A stretch of DNA of 64,000 nt, from assembly GCA_004431415.1 (NCBI GenBank), contig QPMI01000224.1:62001-126000 (forward strand), read 5' to 3'. Made by a program: the position numbers and the translations under genes. This document shows positions 30,001 through 42,601 of this stretch, piece by piece (position 1 is the stretch's first letter; each line of letters begins with the position of its first letter). The DNA is from Cyanophora paradoxa CCMP329. Taxonomy: Eukaryota > Plantae > Glaucophyta. The notes under the pieces were generated by a model. It searched no databases, was not told where the DNA came from, and saw nothing but the letters and a program-made list of their open reading frames with translations.

Positions 30001-33000
30001 GCGCACTCTTTCGGTCGCTCACCGCCGGGCTTTGCAGAGATCCCGATGGTCGAGCACTCGTCCCTCACATCTGGACCGACTGTGGGAGGGTCCAGTCTTG
30101 TGCTAGCAGCACGTCGGTTGCCGTTGAATCTCCTCGACGGATCGTCGTTAGTCTGTCTCTTCGGAGCTGGAGTAGCGATGCCTGCAACTGCAAGTACGAC
30201 GGAGAAAGTCACATGCGTCTCGCCACAGATGTTGCCCGGCGTCACAACCGTTTCAGTGCTTCTTCCGGGTATTGGGACAATCGGTCCGTCGAGTACCTTC
30301 TCCTTTGAAGGTTCGGAATTCGATCTGGTTTCGCTCATTTTCGAAAGAGTTGACCGCACAGCAGCGTTGGCGGAGTCGTCTCTTGCCGCGCCGGCAGCAG
30401 TCAGTGCCGTTGGCGGAGGTCTCCTGGCTCTGACAGGCGCAAATGCTCGAGACGGCAGTCAGTCTTGCCGATTTGTGCATGGAGAGGCATCCTCTGCAGC
30501 AGAAGCCGGTCGCGTGCTTTCAACAGTCATGTGGCTATGCGAATCCACGCCGTGGCTCACAGACAGAACTGCGATGCACCTGAAAGTGTCTTCAAATGGA
30601 GCAGACTACCTCGTCAGCGCAACCAGTGTGGCTCTCACACAACCGCTACTCACAGCAGCTATTGATCCCACCGAAAGTGTGGTAACTGGTGGCACTCTCA
30701 TTCGCACGTTTGCTTTCGCTGAACGTGGAACCCATCTCATGGCGTGTCGCTTCTCGAAGATTGCTGTTCACGTCAGTTTTGGTGCTGGCAGCTCTCCACA
30801 GTCGCAATCGTTCTGCGTTGCCCCAGCTCATGTATCAACGGCATCGTCTGTCGCGTTCGCCGCAAATGCTGTGGACTTCGCTCCGTCGGGCACCGCATTG
30901 CGATACTTCGGTGTGCTCTCTCCGCGTTTCTTGCTGCGTGGTGTACTGAACGGACGCAGATCGGTCGCCTCGTCTCGCTCAAATGTGGCCTGGTATCCTC
31001 CCGACTCACACCCGGTCGGTTCTCGTGATTGCTGGTACGCACTCGGCTATGTCGAGTCCGATGATCGGAGGGGGCGGAGTTGCGATGCGCGGACTACGCT
31101 TTTCAAGATCGTTATTCGAAATTTCTCTGTACGCGAGCTCTGCAGGCTTTGCGCCCGTAGGGAACACGCATCTGGAAGCAGGTTTGGGTGAGCATCATCT
31201 CCTCGTCGAGTTCGTTGGTGAGATGCTCAGTTATCTTGTCCGTTTTGAAATCGTAGCTGAAACAATCATGTCTAGATGCAGCAATGCTCCGCGAATTCGT
31301 ACCGGCCATTATCTCGAATTCGGGCTCGCTCCTAATGCTGGCCGGATCTCACTTTAGCCACGAAGTGGCTTGTCAACAAGACGATCGCGCCTCACTTGCC
31401 CTCCGTGCCGTGTCGACGTCGTTCGCCCTGTGTGAAACATCCTTTGTCGAGTCCACGTCTTCTCTCTCTGTCGGTTTGAGAGGAAACCCAGTCCGCGCCC
31501 CCGAACTCGGATCCTCGATAGCGCTGATCGGTGCGTTTACTTTTCTTCCTCTTTGTGTCTCTCGTGTTTCCAACCGAAGGGAATTTCAGGTGTAAATGCG
31601 CCTTCGGTTGTTGACGTGACCCCAGCCGTGGTCGCCGGAATCGGTGGCACCGCGATCACCATCACAGGCGGTGGATTTTCAGACGATGTCCGCGCGTCTG
31701 TCGGTTGCCGTTTGGGTGAGAAGTTGTTCGTCCGTGGTCAGAGACTCGATGACCGTAGAGTTCGCTGTGTCACATCATCGACGGCATCGCGGGCACTCTC
31801 ACTGGATGTCACTCTGAACGGGTTTGATTTCGCTATGAGCGTATGGGAGCTCCCCGTTCTTGGTGAGTAGAGAGAAGCCTTCCACCTGAACTCCGATTTA
31901 CTCCCCCTTCCAGATCGGCCGAATGTTCTGGCGGTGCATGGATCCTTCGGGGCTTCGGACTCGAGATCCGCAGTGAGGATCTTCGCATCTGGGGATGTAG
32001 CTCCATTCCTCCGTTGTCGTTTCGGTCTCCAGGCAACATATGCGGACGGTATGCGGGCGACAAGCGTGCTCAATCTGCGGACTCGTTTGCCTGACGGAGC
32101 AGCGAGTCTTTCTCTCCCACCGCTGCTCTTCGCGCCTTCAGAGTCGAGCCAAACAGCTCTCACGCAGCTGTACCGTCTCCGAGAAGTCCTCTGCTCTTCT
32201 CCGCCTGCGAATTCCGCTGGTTTCGTGTCCCTTGATTTAAGTGTCACCGCCGACCTGTTCCACTCGACGGGCCACGAGTTCGCGTTCGTCCAGACGGGGA
32301 TTGTGCTTGCTTCAACGCCTGCAAGAGCTCTCGTGGAAATTCCTACACTTCTGACACTCCGCGGCTCTCACCTCAGACACGGATCGCTGGTCTGCACGAT
32401 TCGCGATCAGGATTCCGCAGGCGTGAGCATCCACACGCTGTCGAGCGGGCTGGCTGTGTGCGAGACATCCGTTTCCTGCTCATCGTGCAGTCCGACCACC
32501 AAGTCTCTTGTTCAAGTGACTGCCCATACAATGCCTGTCCACTCGATCGCAACCGTCGAGCTTGTCCCGTGGCCAAAGCCGAGCGCAATAGACCCGCTCG
32601 CTGGACCCGCCACCGGCGGTACTCAAGTGTCTGCGTACGCTGAAACAACTGTGTTCCCCGAAGCCGGCCCGGTATTCTGCCGATTCGGAGTGGTGATCAC
32701 GGGTGCAACGACCTCCGATGCACGAATTCTGAGCTGTCTGGCGCCTGCTGCAGCACCGAACACAGTCTCCACTGACTTCAGCTTCGATGGGTCGGAGTTC
32801 CCTCCGACTGGGCTTTCGTTCAACGTGTATCAGCCTCTGATCATTGCATCTGTCACCCCCATCAGTGCACCGGCACGCTCCGTAGTTCCGCGAACCCTAG
32901 CTGGGCGTTTCCCGCCAGCCCCCTTGATGTCTGTTCTATTCGGTGCCTTCGCCGCGCAAGTGGCCGAGTACTCTTCAGACCGTTACGTTACTGTCAGAGC

Positions 33001-36000
33001 GCCACAGAGCGAGCTCGGCTTCTGCGCGGTCTCGGTCACTCCGAATCGTGCAGGCACCGGGGTTGTGGCAAGCACGCAGGATGAGTTCTTTGGTGCGTCG
33101 GCGTATGTCGCTCAATGCTTGTTCTCGTCCTGACTTGCGCCTGGCAGCGGAGCCCGCGCCCTCGTCGTTGTTCCCGCGAGTTGGCTCGGGCGGTACTGCA
33201 ACGCTGATCGCGGTGGCTGGATCAAACTTCGCCACAACGAACCGGCTCTTCAGCTGCGGCGCTGGAAGGCACCGCAGCAGCGGGCGGCTCCTATCGTCAT
33301 CGCTGGGGTTGTGCGAGCTTCCGCAACTTGCAGAAGTTGGCGTCGCGTCGTTCGACGTGTCTCTGAACGGCCGAGATTACACCAACTCTGCGTTGCAGTT
33401 CAAGACGCAAGGTACACGCGATTCTCAACTATAGAGAGATCCGCTAATGCACGGTCGCAGCCATGGTCACTTTTACGCGGGCTGTCACTCGTCTTGGGTC
33501 CGAGGATGGCGGGACGGTCACTGTTCTTGCCGGCCTCAACCTCCCCAGGTCCACGCTCTTAACGTGCAGAGTCGGCAAGGTGGAGCTTCACGCGGAGTGG
33601 ATATCCGACTCGTCCGCCGAATGCCAGACACCTGCCAACGTTCCGCGAGCAGCTCTAGTTTCGTTGTCGGGCGATCGTGCTGACTTCCAGTATGGCGTCG
33701 ATCGCTTCACTTATATCGGTATGCTCGTTCGCTTGCTGACTCCCAAACCGCTCTAACTGGCTCCACAGCCCGCCCGACCGTCTCGGCAATCACGCCCAGC
33801 CAGGGCGTGGACACGAGCGAGAGCATGGTGTTCGTTCACGGAAGCAATTTCGTGAACACGTCCGGCATCGTTTGCCGCTTTGGCGCCAAGCGCTCGCGCG
33901 GCTTCTTCCTGTCGCCCACCTCCGTCATGTGCCTCGCGCCTCTGCACACCGAGGGGCGCGTGCAGTTGGAGGTCTCTTTCAACGGCCAAGACTTCACTTA
34001 CAATCGCCTCCTGTACTCGTTCGGTGCGCCACTGGCGCCCGAGCCCCCGTCTCGTCTGCTCGACTCACCGCGCGTTGCAGTCAAATGCCGCGGAGGGACG
34101 TTCTGCAGCAACCAGGCGCAGTACGCGTGTCCGAAGGGGTCGTACTGCTCAGGCGTCGGCAACTTCAACTTCACGCAATGTCCGCCGGGGACATATCAGC
34201 GTACGCGCCGTGCGCTGTTCTTGCGCTGAACGCGGACCTGACGATACTCTGCAGCTCTGGCTGGCCAGGAGACGTGTCTCCCGTGCCCGTCGGGCAACGT
34301 CTGCCCGAGCTTCGGAATGTCGCGCCCGCTGCCCTGTCCGCCAGGCTACATCTGCAACACAACGGGCCAGGCGTATCCGAATCAGATCTGCCCGCCCGGC
34401 TCGGTTTGCCCTGGCGGCCAGCGGCGCCTCGAACGCAACGACGACCCGACCATTCTCGATGACCGGCCCAGTGTGTGTCCTCCAGGCTACTACTGCCAGG
34501 CCGGCGTCGGTTCGTCATCTCTCGTCTTCCCTGCAGGTACTTTCTGTTTTGCTGATACGGCCTTGGGCAGCTTCGTTCGTGTCGATTCCTGGCAACTTCA
34601 CGACTCCTCAGCCTTGCTACCCCGGCTTCTTCTGCGAGAGCGGCTCGGAGACGCCGCAGGGCAGCGGTCCATGCCCGACAGGCTACTACTGCCCTGCAAT
34701 CTTCCCCGTGCCCGTTCTTCCTTGCCCTCCAGGCTCCTACTGCCCGGAAACCGGCAATCTCTCCCCCAAGCCGTGCACCCCTGGCTTCTTCCAAGATCAG
34801 TACGCATCGTCCGAGTGCAAGGCCTGCCCCGAGGGATACATCTGGTGCGAGCGCCGCCCTTGCGCGTCCGGCGGCTCTGACTGCGCGCCTGCAGCCCTGG
34901 GTTCAGCCGTATCATGCCGGAGCTCTGCCCTCCAGGCCAGATCTGCGAGAACCAGATGCGTGCTGCTCCGGACAGCCAGTGCACGCCGGGCTATTACTGT
35001 CCCGCCGGCGTCGAGACGTCAAATCTCCTCTCGGCATCGCCTTTCAAACCGCGCCCGTGCCCCAACGCGACGTATTGCCTCGCCGGGACACGTGCGTGCC
35101 ATGGGGCCCCGCGCCCGTGCGCCCGCGCAGCCCCTCATGCAGGGTCCTCGGGCAGGGTACCTCTCCATCCGCCCTGGCGACGCGTTCGGGCCTCAGGAGT
35201 GCGTGGCCGGCACGTACTGCTTGATCGCCACGCCGTCGCCGTTCGGCACGGCCCGCTGTCCGCCCGGCTACTACTGCCCACGCGGCGTCTCCGCGCCCAT
35301 CGCCGCGCCGCTCGGACAGTACGCATTTGGTCTCGGCAATTCGTTCACGATCAAGTGCCTTCCTGGAACCTACGCCCGTGCGCACGAGAGGGCCGTGCTG
35401 GCGCGCGCCGCCCCTCGCTGACGGGGCGCCTGCAGCGGTCATCGCGACGGAGACGTGCCTGGCGTGCCCCGCCGGCTTCGAGTGCGCGGCGGAGGGGACG
35501 TCGGTTCCGACCATCTGCCGCCCCGGGACGTACCGGGCGCGGGGCGTCAACTCGGCGCAGGGGGCCGGCCCGCAGCCGGCGGACCTGCAGGGGACCGTCC
35601 TCACGGTGACGTGCCAGCTGTGCCCGCAGGGCGCCTACTCGGGTGTCGAGGGCCTGCAGGACATCTCGATGTGCGAGCCATGCCCCGCCGGCCGCGTCTG
35701 CAAGGTCGAGGGCATGAAGTTCGTCAACGAGAGCGCCGAGTGCCCCGAGGGCTTCGTGTGCGGGCCCGGGACGACGACCTCGACGATGTTCGCGACCAAG
35801 TGCCCGGCCGGCTTCTTCTGCGACTACGGGACGTCGCCGGACACGCAGTTCGACAACGACTGCCCCGCCGGCTACTTCTGCCCCGAGGGCACCGCCGCCT
35901 CCTCCAGGACCTCCTACACCTGCCTCGAGAAGTGCGCCCCGCGCGCCCCTCCCGCTCCCGCCCCGGCGCCCCCTCACGCCGCCCCGCAGCTACTACTGCC

Positions 36001-39000
36001 CGGCCCGCACGGCCGGCTACCTGCAGCCGGACGGGACGTGGGACCTGCAGCTCGTGCCTGTGCCAGGCTCGTCGGACTTCGTGCGGCTCTTCGCGACGCG
36101 CCTCAACCAGTTCCGCACGGGCTACTCGTCGCAGGTCTTCGCGCGCCTCGTGCCGACGGCGGTGGACCCGAGCGAGACGAGCGCCGCCGAGATGTTCTCC
36201 ATCGCCTCGGCCTCCTCGCGCTTCTCGCGCTACACGCCCCTCGTCCGGCGGCGCGCCATTCTCCAGAGCCTCGCCGTCGTCGACCCGACCTTCCAGGCCG
36301 GCGACGAGGTGAGCCTGAAGTGCCCGGAGGGGACGACGAGCCGGCCGCGCATGTCCTCTATCGACGACTGCGTCAAGGACCAGGGGGCCGGCTCCCTCGT
36401 CTCCATCAACCCGCTCCTCTCCGCCTACCACCTCGACACGACGACGGGCCGCACGCGCGCCATGCAGCCGCACTTCGTCTTCCCGGGCAACGTCTCGTTG
36501 AAGGCGAGCGGGATCAGCTGGCCCCGCGACAACATCACCGTCTTCAAGGTCCCGGCGACGACCATCGTGCGCATCGCGTGGAACCTCACGGCCATCAACC
36601 GCCGCGAGCCGCTCCTCCAGTACGGCGAGCACTTCCGCATCTCCGTCTTCAACTCAACCCTCGTGCGCCGCACCCGTCCCCCCCCACCCCCCACCCTCCT
36701 TCCCCCTCCTGCTGACTTTTTTGCGTGGCAGGATCCGGCGACGGACCCGGACAACGTGCTCTTCGGGCTGGTAATGCGGGAGGCGCCGACGGAGATGCCG
36801 TACGCGCTCTCGACGATGTCGAAGCCGTCGCCAGCGCAGCCGGAGGTGCCGAACGACTACCTCTCGGTGCTGTACTTCGAGGTCGTCGCGCAGAAGGACG
36901 TCTACCTCGCCGTCACCGTCGACATCCTCCACGGGCGCTACGTCGACCTCCGCGCCGAGTTCCGCCGCACGATGACCCTGCAGTTCTCGCGCGCGAGCCG
37001 CAACGCCGACCCCAAGACCCCGAAGTCCTTCTACGCCGTCGTCACGAACAAGAAGTCGCCGGCCGACGTGGCCATCGGCTTCAACTTCATGGACGTCAAG
37101 CGGGACGTCAACGAGGGCGCGGCGCAGGCGAGCTGGGCCCGCGACAACGACATCCTCATCTCCTTCCTCGGCGTCTCCAACGTGACCCTGGCGCCCGACC
37201 GGCAGCCGAGCCTCGTCGAGAACGCGACCCTCACCGACGTCGAGAACGCCGCCAAGGCGAACCGGCAGTACTGGCGCGACACCGACCCGCGCGTGCAGGC
37301 ATTCCCCTTCATCCCGTACCTCTCCCGCTGCGACGGCTTCGGCGCCTACGTCAGCATCGCGTCGGTCCTCGAGCACCCGAACTGCACCCTCGTCGACCCG
37401 GCCTCGAGCGCCTTCCAGTCGGTCAGCCAGTACAACCCACTGGGGGGGAACCCCTACTCGGACAGCTGCGTGATCACGACGCGGTGCGAGTACGAGGAGC
37501 GCGTCTTCAGCAGCAACGCGCAGTCGGTGCTGGGGGCGCTGAGGTACTGGTACGCGGCGGACTCGGACACGGTGCTCTTCTCGTTCTCGCGGGACTCGGC
37601 CCTCTACTCGGAGTTCGTTGCGTGGAACGCGTCGGCGGCCGCCATCGCCGACGTCGAGCTCGTCGACGTCCTCGTCCGGCGCCCGCCCGGCAAGGACACC
37701 ACCCTCATCCCCCGCACCGTCGAGCTCCAGATCTACTACGGCCAGTACGACGAGTACACCAAGCGCATCGTGCGGGCCTTCATGCGCTTCGACGACTTCG
37801 ACAACGTGGACGGGGCGGGGGACCTGAGCACCAAGTACCAGCTGATCATCTCCTTCCAGCCGTACGGGTGGAAGGACCTGATGGACGCCTTCGCGCTCGA
37901 CCTGCCCGTCTACCTCATCATCTTCCTCGTCGTCAACTCCCTCGGCATCCTCATCTGCGTGGGCATCTGGGGGGTGCACCGGGTGGTGACGCGCGTGCGG
38001 AACCCCCCCAAGTTCCGCTTCTTCGAGTACATCCGCGTGATGACGACGGCCCCCTTCAAGGGCGTCCTCATGACCGCCTTCGTCCTCTTCGACATCTTCG
38101 GCTTCCTCTACGGCGTCCTCATCGCCTGGAACCCCTTCGCCGACGAGAAGGGCGACTACCAGAACAACCAGCCCCTCAACGACGAGCTGTCCGCCCCGCC
38201 CCGCCCTGCCCCGCCCCCGCCCCGCCCCGCGCCCTCCCTGACGCCGGCGGGTGTGCAGGGTGCGGCAGTACCAGTACGGGCGCTTCGGGCTCGTCCTGCT
38301 CCTCTGCTCGAGCTACATGATCTTCTACATCTCGACGATCATGATCCCCGACCGCAAGGAGCGCAAGATGGGCGACGCGCCGGGCGACAAGGCCGGCAAG
38401 GACGCGCCGGCGCAGCCGCGCAACAAGAAGATCCACCTCTCGCCGGTGGTGCTGCAGCGCTCGCAGCTCATCTTCGCGAGCTACGGCGGCGTCGTCCTCT
38501 TCGTCTTCCTGATGGAGCTGACGTACTCGTCGGTCTGGTCCTCGAACTCGCAGATCTTCAACGTGCTGGCGCGTGTCGGCCAGTTCGTCCTCACCGCCTT
38601 CCTCAAGCGCACCCTCGTGCACGAGCTCTCCTACGGGCCCGTCCTCATCTCCATGGACCTCATCATCGCCATCGGCAACATGAGCGCGCCCACCTTCACA
38701 CAGTTCCTCATCTCCTTCTTCCAGGACATCCTCATCCAGGTCTTCATCCGCCTCTACGTCCGCAAGGTCCAGAACTACATCCGCTCCCGCATCCCCGCCC
38801 TGCGGAAGTGGCTCCTGCGCAAGATCGTCGCCATGCGGGCGGACCGGGCCGGGGAGGGCAAGAGCGGGAAGGCGGGGCAGGGGGCGGGCAAGTCGTGGCG
38901 CGTGATGCAGTCGCTCGCCAAGTTCAAGGCCCTCACCCGCGTCGACGCCCCCGACGACGACGACGACGACAAGGGTCCGCCCGCCCCCGCCCCCGCCCCC

Positions 39001-42000
39001 GCCCCCTGGCCCCTGGCCGCTGGCCCCGCCCCGCTTTTCGCTGAGGGGGGCGGGGGCGGGGGCAGACGAGTCGGTGGACCGGGTGATCAGCGTGCTGTCG
39101 AACTACTCGCTGGGGGTGGTGGCGCTGCTGCTGACGCCCCTCTTCCTGGGCGTCATCTGGCAGTTCGACGACCTCCTCCAGCTCTCCCGCCTCTACTCCA
39201 TCAAGAAGCGCGACCTCCGCTTCTACCTCCTCCACTTCGCCGTCTTCGTCTTCGGCCGCATGGCCATGGACGTCTTCATCGCCCAGACCCAGGAGGTCTT
39301 CATCGGGCTGAAGCTCTTCGAGTACCTGAAGTACGCGGAGCACCGCTTCCGCACCCGCACCTCCATCTGGAAGGGCTTCGAGTCGACCTTCGACGAGACC
39401 ATCGAGGAGGGCCTCCGCACCCTCGACCAGCTCTGCTTCTCCTCCCAGTACTACCTCCTCATCTGCTTCGGCGCCTGCTCCGTCATCTTCTGCACCTACG
39501 GCGTCGAGATCATGATCCGCTGGGAGTACAACATGTTCTCGTGCGTGCCAGCCGCCCCGCCCGCCCGCCGGCTCGCTCGCGTCTGCCGCTCGCGCCGCCT
39601 GAGGCGCCGGCAGGGACCCGATGCTGATCCCGATCATGGGGCTGGCGCTGCTCTTCTGCAAGCTCTCCCGCCGCGTGCTCTTCTTCGTGGTGGGCAAGAT
39701 CCAGCTCTGGCGCCTCCACGACCGGCGCAAGCGGGCCGTGGTGGAGGAGTCGGGGGCCCCGAAAGAGGAGGGCGGCGCCACTCGGCGCATGTTCCAGCTT
39801 CCCGGCCTCGGCGGCAAGGGCCCCGGCTACGAGGGCGCCGAGGGCGGCTCCTCCATCGACCCCGCCCGCCTCGAGACCGACGAGTTCAAGTGCGCCTCCC
39901 CGCCCCCGGTCCCGCCCGCCCCGCCCTGCCGGCGCCTCACTGGTGGCGGCAGGAGCGAGTTCCTGGAGAAGAACCGGCCGTGGATCCTGGAGCGCCTGGG
40001 CTCGGCCCTCTCGCCGCGCACGCGCTCGCGGCTGCAGGGCCGCTCGGGCGAGGGCGCCGGGGAGGGCGACGAGGAGGAGGGGGCGACGGACCGGAAGGGC
40101 GCCCTCGCCCGCATGTCCTCCTTCGCCCGCGGCGGCCTCGCGAAGATGCGCGACTCCTTCCGCGCCTCCTTCGGCGGCAAGGGCGCCCCGGCCTCGTCCG
40201 CCGCAGCGGCCGCGGCGGACGCGGCGGACGCCGCCCGGTCGCCCACGCAGCGGCAGGTCAGCACCGGGCCGCCGGCCATCATCGGCCCGATCGGCCTCGG
40301 GAGCCGCACGGCGCTCCCGCCGTTCCCGCGCCCGATGGGCCGCGGCACGCTGGCATCGCTGCGGCCGCCGGGCGCCACGCGCATGCTGGGGCGGACGGTG
40401 TCGGAGATCAGCAGCAGCAGCGAGGGGAGCGGGGATGAGCGCGGGGTGAGCCACGAGGCGATCGACGCGGCGCTGGTGGAGGAGTGGCCGGTGCGGGAGC
40501 CCGGGCGCAAGACGCGGGTGGTGGCGATGAAGCTCCTGCGGGCCATCCGCGCGCACATCCGCCTCCAGGAGCAGGTCGCCGAGCAGCAGCAGCACCGCGC
40601 CGCCTCGCTGCAGAGCTCCCTGCCGCGCGACCACCGCCGCGCCGGCCACGGGGACGTCTCGTCCGACGAGGAGAGCGTGGGGAGCGGGTCGAGCGAGGGG
40701 ACGGCGGTGCGGGCGCGCAACGAGTGGCCCGTCGCCGCGATCGACGAGAAGACGCGGACGGTGATGTTCAAGCTCCTCTACGCCGTGCGCGTGCAGCTCG
40801 GCCAGCGCGCCGCCGCCGACGAGCGCGACTCGGACCTCGAGTCCATCTCCTCCTCGGCCTCGGCGATGCACAAGCGGGCGCGCGGCGCGGCGGCGGGGGC
40901 GGCCCCGCGGGCGGCCCCCGTGCGGGACGACATCTCGGAGGACGCGTCGGTGGACGAGCGCGGGCCCGACGCCGCGCCCCGCACCTGGGGCCTCGAGGGG
41001 CCCATCGCCCCCCAGACTCGCGTGCGCCCCGCCCCGCCCCCGCCCCGCCCGCCCCGCCCCGCCCCCCGCCCCGCCCCGCTCCGTCCCCGACCGCCGCGCA
41101 GACGATCGCCTTCAAGTGGCTCGCGATCGCGCGCACGAGCCTGGCCAACGTGTCGGGGTGGAGCCCGGGGCGCCCCGGAGCCGCCGAGCAGCAGCTCGGA
41201 CGACTCGGACGGGGGCGCCGGCCCGCCGCCGGCCCCCGAGCCCCGCAGCCGGCCCTCCATCTCCGACGACAGCGGCAGCGACGGCGGCGGCGCAGGCGGC
41301 GCCAGAACCGCCGCCGGCGCCGACCCCCGCGGCCGCTCGACCCGCGGCGGCGGCAACATCATCGGCTTCAGGTCCCTGCGCCCGTTCCGCCCCGCGCGCC
41401 CGCCGCTCACGCGCCGCCGCCGCGCGCAGGCCGATGGCTGCCGGCCCGATGGAGGCGGGGCGCAGCGTGGCGGCCGACTTCACGGACGGGGAGCCGGCGG
41501 AGGAGCGGCCGGCCTCGCGGCAGCGCCAGGCGATCGTGCGGCAGCCGCCGGCCCGCATGATGATGCCGGCCGCCCTCGCCGGCCGCCCCAGCGCCCTCGC
41601 CCCGACGAGGCGCCCCGGGCCGCGCTCCAGCGGCGCCGCCCGAGCAGCGGCCTCGTGACGGCCGGCCCGACAGCGACGCTCGGCGCCCTCGTCTTCCGCG
41701 GCGCTGACGACGGCTTCCCCGCCGAGCCGCCGGCCCCGCCACCTGCGCCTCCGCCGGCCCCGGCGCGCCCCGCGGCGCCGGTCTCGGACGACAGCGGGAG
41801 CGAGAGCAACGGGGCCGAGTTCCCCGAGATCGGGCCGGCCCCGCGCGCCCCGCCACCCTCGGCGCCCGCTCGGTCCCCCACGGGCGCGCCGTGGAGCCCC
41901 GCCGCCCCGCCGCCGCCCCGCCATTGCCGGTCGCGCCGGCCCCGCCGGCCCCGCCGGGCGCCGGTGAGGAGGACTCGGGGCCGGCGTGCTGCCTTCGCAG

Positions 42001-42569
42001 AGCCGGAGCGCGAGCAGCGGCGGGAGCGGGAGCGGGCGCGGGGAGGGTGGAGGCGGTGCGCTGAGGAGCGGCCTGCCGGCCTTCGCGGTGCCCGTCGAGG
42101 ACGCCGTCGCCCCGGCCGGCTCGACGCTCGCCCAGCACGAGCCGGCGGCCGCGCCCCGTCCCGCCAGCACCCCGCCATCGCCCCGCCCCCGCCAGCGGCG
42201 CTTCCCTCGCTCCCGACACCCACGGCGGCGGCAGCGCAGCCGGCCGGCCCGAGCGCGAGCTCGGAGCCGGCCGGCAGCCCATCGGCGGCCTTTGCGGCTG
42301 TCGCGGTGACCCCGCGCCAGACTGCGATGGCCCCGCGCGCAGCAAGCTTCCAGCTGGGCAGCAGCCTGCCCTCGGCGCCGCAGGTGCCCGCCGGCGGGCC
42401 GCTCCGCCGCGGCTCGGACGCCCATCAGGCGATGCCGCCGCTGCCGATGCCGCCGGCGGACGGTGGCGCGGGGCGGCACCCGGCGCCGCGGCGCATGTTC
42501 GCTGAGCGTGCGCCGCCGGCATCGCGGCTGCACGCAGCGCCGCCGCCGCCGCCGGAGCCCTCAGCGCCG

Positions 42570-42601
<32 letters not shown>

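Noticed and set aside
1-34023. Reading the fragmented ORFs as many small genes, a pseudogene, or an alternative genetic code
   Set aside because: Stops and frame changes coincide with ~50-60 nt GT-AG (occasionally GC-AG) introns at domain boundaries, and the exons I checked are open.
41145-41180. Apparent frameshift in the giant gene tail (possible programmed frameshift)
   Set aside because: It falls in G/C homopolymer runs with no slippery-site evidence; a sequencing indel or unrecognised splice is more likely.
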